Below are positions 13,201-25,700 of a DNA stretch of 64,000 nucleotides, one piece after another; the first letter of the stretch is position 1; each line of letters starts with the position of its first letter. Origin of the DNA: Piromyces finnis finn. Lineage: Eukaryota; Fungi; Neocallimastigomycota. The stretch covers positions 372,001 to 436,000 of the forward strand of contig MCFH01000006.1 of NCBI GenBank assembly GCA_002104945.1, read 5' to 3'. The position numbers and the translations under genes were made by a program. The notes beneath the pieces are model-generated. The model was not told where the DNA came from. It was given only the letters and a program-made list of their open reading frames with translations, and did no database searches.

Positions 13201-16200
13201 AACTTTTTTTTTTCTTTTTAATGATGTTCATCTCATCACTAAAGAGATATAAATTTTTTAAATTTTATAATTCAAATTTTATCTAAAAAAGGAAATAATA
13301 ATGATTTCCTAATATGGTTATTTGTTTAACAATATCCTATTGAATTTAATTATTCAAATATTAAAAAATAAATAAAAAAATGCAGATCATTTTTATAGCA
13401 ATGATTTTAAGAGATTTTATCATTATTTTAATCCTTTATCCAAGATGAATAAATAGTTTCTACAAAATAGCTTAGAGGTCTTTGTCTTGGAAAGTTTAGT
13501 TCTATTATTCATTGAAAATCTTTATAGATTAAATAAAAGATCATTTCATTTAACCCAAAAAAAATAAAAGAATTTTTAGTATTGTCAAAAGATAAAAGAA
13601 AAAAATCTTTTTTTTTTATAATAATTAAAATTTAATTTTTCTTTTGTTTTTTTTCCGATTCATAGATTAAAATAAAATTAAATTGTTTTATTCATTATTT
13701 TTATATAAAATAAAATTTAATTTTGTGTTTTATTGTTTTTATTGATTTTATTTTGTAATAAAAGACAAAAATATAGTTTTTTTTTTTCTTTTTTTAAAGA
13801 ATAAAATCTTATTTTGTATGTAGGTAGAAAAGGAATACTATGTATTTTTATCATTAAATGACTAGATTTTAAATATAATTATTATTAAAACATCACTATA
13901 ACTAAACCGTTTAACAAATTATTAAATTATCTTATAATTATTATAGAGTAAACCTATGTCAATTCATAATATTGTTAAAGTATTTTATTATTTCTTTTTT
14001 TTTTCTTCTCTATTAAATAGAATAGTGGATTAAAAATTTTTAATTTCCAAACTAATAATAAATAAACTTTTTTCTTATAGTTTCTACTCAATGATTTTAA
14101 TAAAAAGAAAATAAAAAAAAAGAATATCCAAATAAATCACATCTTTATTATTGTTGTCAAAATGAGGTTGATTATTTTAATCAACTTTATTTTGTGTACA
14201 GCCATGAAAATCCAACTTTTTCTTTTTCTTAAAAAAAAAATATTAATCAATAACAATCCTAATATTAACTTTTTGTTTTACCATAACCTTCAATAATAAT
14301 TTAATTTATATTCCTTTTTTTTTTTTTTTTCTAAAAAGGAATATGTTTTTTTCTTAAGAGGTAAAAACGAGAAAATAAAAATTACTTCTATTTCAATAGA
14401 ATAGAATCTTTTTTTTTTTTTTTTCTACAAAATCTTTTTAAACAATTATTCATATAAAATAGGTTAACTACTTTTATTAACCCTTTTTAATATTTTTAGA
14501 TTTAATAAATGTATAATATATATTTCTTTTACAAAAATTCATTTTTTTTAATATTATAAAAAACAAATCTATTATTAATAATGAAATGTTTAATTATTAA
14601 TAATTAAAAAGACATTTATTATCAATCCACTGAATGTCTTTTTTTGTTTTAATAATAGAATTATCATTTTATCTTGAATTGGGATCGTAGTTTTGAAATT
14701 TTTTTTTAAAAAAAGTTTGAATTCCGACCTTTTTTTTTTTTATTATTTAATAGAGTTGATTTTTATTATCATTCATGTGATATATCTTTTTTTTTTTTTT
14801 TAAAAAAAAACAACTTTTATTACTAATGTCGTTTGTTGTTTAGAGAGAAACAACAATGAACAATTTTCTATCCTATGGCTTTTTTTTTTTACCTTTTGAA
14901 AAAAAATCATAAATGTAAAAAGTTGACCATTTATATATATATATATTAAATATGTGGCTTATATTTTTTTAATATATTATTTTAAATGTAAGTTAATAGT
15001 AAATAATTATTAGTATTGTGGCATTAAATATTTTAATCAACTTTTTTATTTTCCTGAAAAGATGTCAACATCTTCACTAGAATAGAAATAATAATGTATT
15101 ACAAAAGAAGTGTTTCAAAAATAAATAGTTTATTATACACTATTTAATTATTATTATTGTTATTATTATTATAATTATGTTTAAAAAGAGGTAGAGTTAT
15201 CTTTTCTTAAGCCTATTTTCAAGTTTTAAAGTGTTACTTTTTATTATATAATTAGATTTAGTATGAAAAAAATTTTTTTTCATTCTTTATTCAATGATAA
15301 AAATTATATATAATATAGGATTATCACTTTTTTTTAAAAATAAAAAGAATAATAGTTTTAGGTATTAACCACACACAACCATAAAACTTTAATGAATGAG
15401 AATAGTTAAAAATTAGTCAAAAATAATAATACTAATTAAATACTATTTTTTTTCTAGAATATTTAACAAGATTATCATCACGAAAAGTCATATACCTAAC
15501 TAATTTCATTAGATCGTAAATTTTTATCATTAACATTGTTAATTTTTATTCATTTAGTATCCTTCTTATTATCCTCTTACTATTCTCTTATCATCCTCTT
15601 ATTCTTTCATCATCTTCTTACCATTCTCTTATTCTCTCATCATTTTCTCATCATTTTCTCATCATTTTCATCATGCCATCCTAAAAAAAAACAACCTTAT
15701 AAGATTTTTTTTTTTTCATCATGATAGTAATACAATACTATTATCTTTAAACAACCCAAGAGATTATACTTTTATTTTTAGTCATATTAAAAATAAAGTT
15801 AAATTAATAAATTATTATTAATTGGTATGATACAAATAATAATAAAAAGATATATATTATGTATAGATAGAGTTGAACCTAACTCCATTTGATGAATAAT
15901 CGATTTAGACATTTTCTATTTTAAAATTTAATTTACTTGAAAATATATATATTACACTATAATGTAATAAATGGATAATTCATTACTTTACTATTTATAT
16001 AACAAATTAAATGATAGTATATAAAGTATTTAACATTTATATATTACACTACACTCTAATACATTACATATATTACACTATACTTTATTTTATAATACCA
16101 TATATTATAAAAATATACAATAATATATGAACAGATTCATCCTTTTGAATATAGAATAGAGGTGAAAAATCAATATATTAAAATTATATTTCTATAGTTT

Positions 16201-18853
16201 CAATTGATTCATAATATATAACCAACTTTTTTTATTTTCTATAATTTTATATATTTTCTCTTTAAATTTTATAATTGATAATATATTGAAATAGTATTTA
16301 TCATATATTAATCATTTAGTTGGTATTACTACACTTTTTTAAAATTCAATATCCATATATAGTAATGAAATTGAATAACTATACTCTATCATTTATTAAA
16401 TAAATCAAACTATATGAAACAAATGAATATATAATATATAACATTATATAAAGGATTAATTTTAAAAGTTTAATAATCCATATTACCCTCGTATATTATT
16501 TAATGTATCAATCGTTTTGTTTTAAATCATTTTCTATTTCAATATAATTTTAATATATTTATAATATATATAAGTAATGTAAATAATAAATGAATAGATA
16601 ATTTATTACTAGAAATAAGTTTATTTTATTAATTTCTCTTATTAAAATAAAATTAAATGGAATATTATATAATTATTTATTGTACAATACATATTAATAT
16701 ATTGTTAGTTGTTCCAATAGAAACAACAATACTAGTCGTTTAACTTTGATATATGACTTAAAATGGAAATGATTTAATTCTAAATACATTGCAATCAATA
16801 GACTAAAATATATTATATAATAGAACGAATGAATAATACCTATAATATATTTTAATATAAATATAATAAAATTATTACATATATTATAATATATAAATGA
16901 TATAGACATAGTATTTTATTACATATAAAACATAAAATGATTTTATAATAATTATTATATATATAATATTGAAATAATATTATTATGTATATTATAATAT
17001 AGAATGATTTAATTATAATATAAGCATCGTAGTAATATTAAAAAATATAGAATTTAGTTTATTATAATATAAAAATAATAGAGTTGTATTAAATCCATTT
17101 TATTATTAATAATATATTAATTTATATTATTCTATTTATTTATTTCATATAATGAAAATAGTCAAAATAGTAAAAAATGATTCAGATAAATCGTATTGAA
17201 ACTGAGCCTTTCCAATTCACCATATAAATTATAATCATTTCTATAGGAAAAAAAATAGATATAAAAATAATAACTTTTTTCTTTTATTTTTACTTTTTTT
17301 TTTTTATATTTTTATTTTTTTAAGAAAAAATTCAAAATTCAAACTTGAAAAAAAAAAATTATAGTTAGATCGTTGGTTGAACTATTTCTTTTTCTGTTTT
17401 CTTTATTTATTTCATTTTAAACCATTTTTTTTATTATACATACATTTTAATATTAAATACCATTTTCTTTTCTTTAAAAAAGATTAAAATAAACCAAAAA
17501 ATACCAAAGAAATTGAAAAAAAAATTAAAATTCTGTAGCATAGTATTCATTTAAAAGAAAAAGAAATATTAAACTATAATAATAGTGAAATTATTTTTTA
17601 ATATATCCATTTGTTTATTTTAAATTTTAAATAGTTTTTTTTTTATTTTATCTATTAATGTTAATTTAAAAAACATATTTTATATCCATTATTGAAAAAG
17701 TAAAACCAAGTGGAAAAAAAACGTTTATCAAAAACTATAATTCAAGGAATTAATGTAATTAAAAAAAAATACAATACTATAAGAATTAAATAAAAATATA
17801 TTCTATCATAAGATAATTTTTAACACTTTTATTTTTTTATTTATATTATGCTAATTTTATCCGACTTAATTTCTAATTCTATAGGAAACCGATAGCTAAA
17901 AGGTAATTTTTTAAAATATAAAATAAGAATAGAGAGGAATATATTCACATGAATGAAAAAATAGTTTAAGGTGTGGAAAGGCATAAAAAATTAAAAAAAT
18001 TTGCAAATAAAGTTTTTTTTTTAAAAAATTGTTACAAAAAGTTGTAGTCATCAAAATTTAATTAGATGATAAAATTTTAATTAAAAATTATTAATTTATT
18101 AAATACATTTACGTTACAAATCAAAAAATTTTCTTATAATATATTATAATATATTATAATATATGATATAATATATTGTAATATATTATAAATAAATAGT
18201 TAAAATTTTATTTTTTACTGTAGATTTATTCGTGTAATCCTTTTTTTAAAAAAAGAATATTACACTAATAAACTGCAATAACAAATAATATTATTTTAGA
18301 AATATTATTTTAAAAAACATTTAATAAGCGTAATCATGAATAAATAATCGTTTTTTGGATTGAAGCAATACAATATTTTTATACCTAAACTCTTTAAATG
18401 CGTGTTAGGAAAACTAAATATATATCTCTTTATTATTATTTTAATTAGATATATCTTTGTATAAACGATAAAGAATTTTGAATTGTGGGAAATTTTATAT
18501 CCAAAATAAAAATTATATATATAGATACCTATATTTCGTTTATTGTATATTTTTAATCAAGTAACACTTAAAACAACCAAGTCTTTTGGAAAAAAACGAA
18601 ACTTAAAAATTATTAATTATTATTAATAATTAATTATAAAGAACTTGATTTTTTATCTTTATATGTATAGTATATAGTAAAAATTGGAAAACAAAGTTGA
18701 AAATCAATTCTTTATAAAGGAAATTTATTAATCATTGTATATTGTAAAAAAAAAGTTATACTTTAAGAAAAACCTATTTTATATTTATTTTTTGTACAAA
18801 TAAAGAAAAACCCAATTATCTATTTTTTGTAATCATATATTAAAAGAAGGATA

Positions 18854-20413
18854 ATGTTATCAGCAGCTGATATTACTACTCTTGATAATACAGGTGGAGC
18901 CCTTGCTAATCCAACTTTTCCAAATCCAAATGGTTCAACTATGTGGGCTCCAACATTTTATGATCCATTTCAAGTAAAACATAGACGTCGTACTTCTAAA
19001 AAACAATTTAGTATTTTAGAAAAAGCATTCAATGAAAACCCAAAACCAAATGCAGCAACTCGTAGAGATTTAGCTGAACAATTAAAAATGACCGTTCGTG
19101 GTGTTCAAGTTTGGTTCCAAAATCGTAGAGCTAAAGCCAAGGCTCAAAAATTGAAGATGTCTAAAGCTCAAAAGAATGGTTCAGCTGCTAGCTCTCCATC
19201 TGAAAATTCTAGCAGTAACAATAATGAATCTTCAACAGAATCTTCCTCTGAAACTGTAAATACTAAAAAGGAAAGTAGTGAAAGTCATACCGATAAAACC
19301 GCTTCTTCTCCATCTTCTACTACTAAGGAATTAAAGGATGATGTAAAAAGTACTTTAGATATGGAGAGTAAATTAAAGTTAGACAAGGATTATCCTCTTC
19401 TTAGTAACCCTTACTTCCAAGTTGATGATGATGCTAACCAAGGTGTGATTCCTTTCGCTGATACTCCTGATTACTTCTTTGATAAACAAGATCCATTAAA
19501 TCAAGGTTTTGGCCCATCTCCATTATCTGCCGAATTCTATGGTAGTGCCCCATTAAATATGAATAGAAGATGTAGAGCAAAGTCATTACCAAATGTTTTC
19601 CATTTAGGTATGTATGTTTCTCCACAACAACAACAATTGGCTAATCCATTAAATCAAACCCTTCCATTCCAAGGATTACACCAACATCCACAATTACCAA
19701 CTCAAGCACAATCTTATTCCTTATTTGGTGGTCAAAAAGCTGCTAGTGGTAGTTATTCTCCTCAAAGTCTTCAATTTTTAAGACAAAAATCACCATACTC
19801 ACCAAATACCTTTTTATACACTCAAAAAGCTCAATCCTTACCATCTATGGGTCCATCAAATGATTCCACAGCATCCTCCCCATCTTTAGGCTCAGAAAAG
19901 GGCTCTCAAACTAGACTTTCAGCTGGTCTTGCTAAACATCCAGATCATATCTTTTATGGAGGTATTGATGGTACTGGAATAAACAGAAGTAGAGGATATG
20001 TTAATTATATAGCTTCTCCAGGTCTTGGAGATAATATACCAAGTCCACATTCTTCTACAAGTAATGGCTATTCACCAAGTTACCAAAGTTTTATTCCCGA
20101 TGTTGCAACAATCAATGGAATAAGACCAATTGAAGATTCTCTTGGTTATATGAACAATCCTTATGGCCTTGCACAACAAACCTTAAGTAATCCATATGCT
20201 GGTAATATTCAAAACTTTGTACCAGATTTAAATGCTGGAACTGGTGTATTACAAGGTATACCTTCTTATCCATCAGGATTTAACCCAGGAAGAAGAAGTT
20301 CTTGTCCACCAGAATTCCTTGCTTCAGTAAATAGCTTACAACTTTCACTAGATGACAATTTAACTAAACAAAAAGGTTTGGAAACTATTCAAGAAGATGA
20401 AAGCATAGAGTAA
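18854..20413 (+). CDS. Homeodomain transcription factor (519 aa, intronless)
   Basis: Homeodomain KHRRRTSKKQFSILEKAFNENPKP...VQVWFQNRRAKAK near the N-terminus, followed by an S/P/Q-rich region; coding-like GC content. Confidence 0.93.
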   Translation: MLSAADITTLDNTGGALANPTFPNPNGSTMWAPTFYDPFQVKHRRRTSKKQFSILEKAFNENPKPNAATRRDLAEQLKMTVRGVQVWFQNRRAKAKAQKLKMSKAQKNGSAASSPSENSSSNNNESSTESSSETVNTKKESSESHTDKTASSPSSTTKELKDDVKSTLDMESKLKLDKDYPLLSNPYFQVDDDANQGVIPFADTPDYFFDKQDPLNQGFGPSPLSAEFYGSAPLNMNRRCRAKSLPNVFHLGMYVSPQQQQLANPLNQTLPFQGLHQHPQLPTQAQSYSLFGGQKAASGSYSPQSLQFLRQKSPYSPNTFLYTQKAQSLPSMGPSNDSTASSPSLGSEKGSQTRLSAGLAKHPDHIFYGGIDGTGINRSRGYVNYIASPGLGDNIPSPHSSTSNGYSPSYQSFIPDVATINGIRPIEDSLGYMNNPYGLAQQTLSNPYAGNIQNFVPDLNAGTGVLQGIPSYPSGFNPGRRSSCPPEFLASVNSLQLSLDDNLTKQKGLETIQEDESIE

Positions 20414-21183
20414 AAGTGATAGGAAACATCACCAATAGTTATAAAAAAAACTTTTTTTTTTTTATCGTAGTATATCAAGCTAATTTAAAATACTTATCAT
20501 CATTAATTAAATTATCATCATTCTCAATTTTTTATATATATTTAAAGTTATTTAATGATTGTATATCACTTTTTAAATATTTTATGAATTGCAATACGCG
20601 GGTCATTCATTTCATAAAATAGTATATAATATATTTAATACTTTATAAAAGAAGGAAAAGATATATATTTATGAGTTTTCTTTTTCTTTTTTATGGGAAG
20701 TATCAACAACCATTCTTTATTTATTTTAGGGAATTTAAAAAATAATCTTATTTATTATTTTACAAATGCATGATACTTTTTTTTTAAAAAGAAATATTTA
20801 TACAAACAACAAGTATATCAAAGAAAAAAATGAAAAAAAAAAAAAAGAGAGATTATTATGTATAAACTTTTTTTTTTTTATTCATTTATTATAAATTTAA
20901 TCTATATTTTTTCTATATTGAATATAAATATAAATATTTATATTTAATATATATTTTATTATCTCTTTTTTTTTTTTTTTTTATTTTTTCATTTTTTTCT
21001 TTTTATTTTTAATTTTATCTTTCTTAAAGTTTTGTATATTAAATTTATCTGTATTAAGCAAGCAAACATATTCATATGCACATTTAAAAAAAAGAAGAAA
21101 TTATTATTGAAAACAATTTTATCAACTTTTTTTTTTAATCTATTAAATAAAATATTCAATAAAATTTCCTCGTTTTTTCTTCT

Positions 21184-21214
<31 letters not shown>

Positions 21215-21366
21215 ATTAATATTAAATTTCAGTATTTCAGGAGAGGGGATAGTATAAATCTATGTGTTTAATAATTTTTTTATTTTTATTTTTATTTTAT
21301 TTTTTGTTTTAAAGTTTTTAAATAGTTTTAAATATTTATTATAATAATAAATACACAGACGTGCTT

Positions 21367-22064
21367 CCTCTTGGGAACGTGCCTTCATTTATTTAATAAA
21401 TGTAGTTTCTCAAGGGGGTCTACTCATGCTCATGGTACTGAGAGAGTAGAAAGAATTAAATCCAAGTATTGCGTAATGGATGCTTGGTGCCCTCTTAGGA
21501 ACGTGCCTTCATTTATTTAATAATGGAGTTTATCAAGGGGGTCTACTCATGCTCATGGTACTGAGAGAGTAGAAAGAATTAAATCCAAGCATTGCGCAAT
21601 GGATGCTTGGTTAGTCTTTAAGGGAAAATTATTAGGACTAAGCTCATGGTACTGAGCGATTAAAAAACATTTTATTCATCGAATTAAGTATTTGATGAAT
21701 AAGTTGAATGTTTGATATTCAGGTAAGTTTGTATAGTATTTAATTAGAAGAGTAATACATTTTGTTGCTGTATTTTTTCTTTTATTCATGTATTCATGTA
21801 GTACTACTCTTCTCTTGTCCCTCTTGGGAACGTGCCTTCATTTATTTAATAAATGTAGTTTCTCAAGGGGGTCTACTCATGCTCATGGTACTGAGAGAGT
21901 AGAAAGAATTAAATCCAAGTATTGCGCAATGGATGCTTGGTGCCCTCTTAGGAATGTGCCTTCATTTATTTAATAAATGTAATTTCTCAAGGGGGTCTAC
22001 TCATGCTCATGGTACTGAGAGAGTAGAAAGAATTAAATCCAAGCATTGCGCAATGGATGCTTGG
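21367..22064 (+). repeat. 124-bp 5' UTR monomers of family A: two pairs (21367-21610 and 21820-22064)
   Basis: Unit starts at 21367, 21491, 21820 and 21944; the same pair occurs at 41871-42114 on the minus strand. Confidence 0.93.
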
Positions 22065-22710
22065 TTAGTCTTCAAGGGAAAATTATTAGGACTAAGCTCA
22101 TGGTACTGAGCGATTAAAAAACATTTTATTCATCGAATTTAAGTATTTGATGAATAAGTTGAATGTTTGATACTCAGGTAAGTTTGTATAGTATTTAATT
22201 AGAAGAGTAATACATTTTGTTGCTGTATTTTTTTCTTTTATTCATGTATTCATGTAGTACTACTCTTCTCTTGTAAGAATCCAATGTAGTCAACTTTAGC
22301 ATTTGCATTGTATTTTTATATTCATGTAGCTATTGTTGTATTGTTTCTTGTAAGAGACTGATTCACTCTACATCATGTAAAAATACTATTCACAAGCTTT
22401 CTGGTGTCAACATTCTTGATTCAAATTTTTTACCAATTTAAATATTTAATGAAAAGTAAAGTCAAACAATTTTAGTGTCAAAAAGCGAATCGAATTTACT
22501 AACAACAAACCAAAACTAGAATTTTTAAAGAAAATTTACAACTAGAATTCAAAAAAAAGAAACTTTAAACAAAGCATCGTAACAATTTTTGTACTATCCA
22601 GTACTTTTAAGAAGAGAGAGAGAGACAGATTTTTTTCCATATACGTTATATTTGTAATTTTTATTAGTATTTATTTTATATTCAATATTTTTTAATTAGA
22701 ATTTATTATC

Positions 22711-25700
22711 ATGTCAGTCCTTTATATTAAAGATAAGAATTATATCAGACGTGGTACCCGGTCTTATGGTATCCCCTTAGATGATATTCGCTCCTTCTTT
22801 ATCCGTGGTATTCGATCATGGTCAGTAAATATGCTATGGGAAAAACTCGAGGTTATTCTAGAAGATAAATTTAATTCAGTTATTAGTGTTAAATATTTTC
22901 AGACTTTCAATGATCACTTTTTCTTAGTCAAGGTTCATGGTTCATCAAAAGATTGTATTAAAATCTTACACATGTTAAAGAAGAAACTTTCAGTTACCTC
23001 AATTTCCTTTTCAGCTCGTAGTAGAAGGAATCACAAATACACTTTTTCCACACTCAAACGTAAAATTTTAGTTTCTAATAAACATCAACATTCTATTCAA
23101 CAATCATTTCAACAATCAGTTCAACAATCAGTTCAACAATCAGTTCAACAATCTCATCAACAATCCGATCTTCAACAAGATCTTCAACAGGATCTTCAAC
23201 AAGTTTCCCATCATGAAAATATTCCAGATCTACAGCAAACACAATTTCAATCTCAACATTCAACAATTAATTCTAATAGTTCTATCAACTCTGATAACAG
23301 TTCAATAGTTGATAGTTCTTCAGTTTCACAGCCATCTAGTAATAGTTCTACTTATTCCTCTGATGCATCATCCATTAATAATGATGACCTTGATAATAAT
23401 AATAATAGCAACGATTCTTCCTCATCCAACAAGCCTGATAACTTTTCTTTTTGTCTTAGTTGGAACACCAATGGGTGGAATCACGAAAAGAGAGATAGTA
23501 TTAGCTATTTCACAGCTATTTTCAAACCATTATTCTTATGTTTCCAAGAAACTGGTAATGGTTCTGGATCGAATACAGATTATCCTTGTCGTGTTACTTT
23601 GCGAAACTATAGACACTTTTTCAAGAAAGCTGACGAATCAGTTCCTGGAATGAGAGGTTTATATTTAGGTTTTCACAATTCGTGTCAAGCCTCACTTGAA
23701 AACTTCTCTGGAAAGTATATTATTTCTATTTATACTTTTAGTCTCTGGAATAGATTCAAATGCTCGATTGGTAATGTTTATATGCCTCATAGTCATCACA
23801 ACATCTATGTTGATCATGCAAAGTTAGAAGTTCGCTTGTGGTTACAAACTCATTCATCCCATCCATCGATTCTTGTTGGTGATTTTAATATGTCTAAAGT
23901 AAAATTATCCAACTGGTTATCAACTAATGGATTAGGAGATTGGGAAATTCTTCCGCTTAGAGGGTCTACTATCTCTTGGACTCGAGGTGATCAATCTTCC
24001 GACATTGACCATGCTCTTATCAATTCGAAGATGAAAGATCTTATTCACTCAGGATCATTTATAAATAATTTTTATCCTGTATCAGACCATAAGCCACTTC
24101 TTATTAATGGTAAAATTATTCCTATGGAAGATTTTTCTAATGACTTTAACGTTCCTAAGAAAATTCTGAAATGGAATAGATTAAAATGTATTGAGGAAAA
24201 GGAATCTATTCTTAGTCATAATAAATTCCAAATACTTTCAGCAAAATTCAACGATCCTAATGTTTCTACAGATGAACTTTCCAAAGTGTTTACTTCAACT
24301 GCTTTTTCAATTGCAGACGAGCTCAGTATTACCTCAGCAAATAATGTTATAAAGTCTTCATTTCATATTTCACAACAAATTTTTAATCTCCAAAAAATCA
24401 AAATGAAGTTGTATAAGAGATTTAAAAAAGAAAGAATTTATGATATAGATGAATTTATTAAAAGAATTAAAATCTACCGTAAGCTCATTGATTACATCCA
24501 CAAAAGATGTAATGAATTTAGGAAACAAGAATATCTTCATTGGATTAAAACAGGATGTGAGTATATGAAGAGTCATAATCCTAAGAAGGCCTGGAAATGG
24601 ATCAAGAAAACTGCAAAAATTGGAAAAGATTCTTTCTTTATTGCTCAACCAATTAAAAATAAAAATGGAGAATTAGTTGTTGCTACGGAAGAACAACTAG
24701 ATGTGTGGCATGATCATTTCGAAAATCTTGCATCAGACCCAAGTGGTGTAAGTCTTGATTTGGAGCATTGGTATGAAGAACCAACGAATAAACGTTTTTC
24801 ACTTCCTATGCTTGATGAGTGGGATATCAACCAAGATATTAGTATTGATGAAGTCAAGTCAGCTATCCTCTCTACTCCGAATTATAAAGCATCAGGTCCG
24901 GATGGTATTCCAATTGAATTTTACAAAGCATTAATTCCATCAAGTAATGATTCTAATAATGCTACAGATAATAATTCTTCCGGTAATACTACTTCAGATA
25001 ATGATGCTTATGGTTTAAATTTTATTCTTAAATTATTCAACCGTATTTGGGATGGAGATTTCCCCAACTCATGGAATGAATCCAGTATTGTTTCTATTCC
25101 TAAGAAGGGAGATTTGACAGATTGTGATAACTATCGAGGTATATCACTTATCAATAATGGTATTAAGTTGATTTCCAAAATTGTCACCACTAGAATCTCA
25201 GAATATGGTTTAAAGAATAATTTCATTAGACCTGAACAATTTGGTTTTCGAAAAAAGGAAGAAAGTATTAGTCTTTTCATTTCAATTCAAGAAATATGCC
25301 GTAGACGTCAATTAGATAATAAAGAGACATATTTGGCCTTTTTAGATCTCAGGAAAGCATACGATTCAGTCCCAATCGGTAATATTCTCCATAAATTAGA
25401 TTGTTTAGGAATCCGAGGTAAGAGTCTACAATTTATCAAAAATTTATATTTAACATCTAAGGCTAATGTCAAATTAGATGGACAATTCTCGAAATCTTTT
25501 GATGTGAAGAAAGGAGTCCGTCAAGGTTGCCCTCTTTCTCCTATTCTCTTTAATCTCTTTATTAATGATATATTTAGAGAGTGCGAAGATCTAGGAGTCA
25601 GTTTAGGTGACACTCGATGCTGTGGTGGACTTTTTGCAGATGATATAGTTATTTGTGCTCCAACAAGAGGATGCTTAAAAAAGATGCTTAGAAGAGTTAA

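Noticed and set aside
15548-15675. TCATCATTTTC/TATTCTCT degenerate minisatellite
   Set aside because: Low-complexity repeat with roughly 11-nt period and stops in the purine-rich strand; no coding or structural signal.
7132-16909. Short F/L/I/K/Y-rich ORFs in the track (also 20416, 21032, 33117, 44215, 46080, 47654, 51233, 53861, 54734 etc.)
   Set aside because: Products of homopolymer-rich AT sequence or introns; no motifs and no coding-like composition.
21367-22064. CRISPR-like array or known ribozyme in the 5' repeats
   Set aside because: No unique spacers and a eukaryotic context; CTGAGAG does not fit the hammerhead CUGANGA core and no HDV or twister pseudoknot could be assembled.
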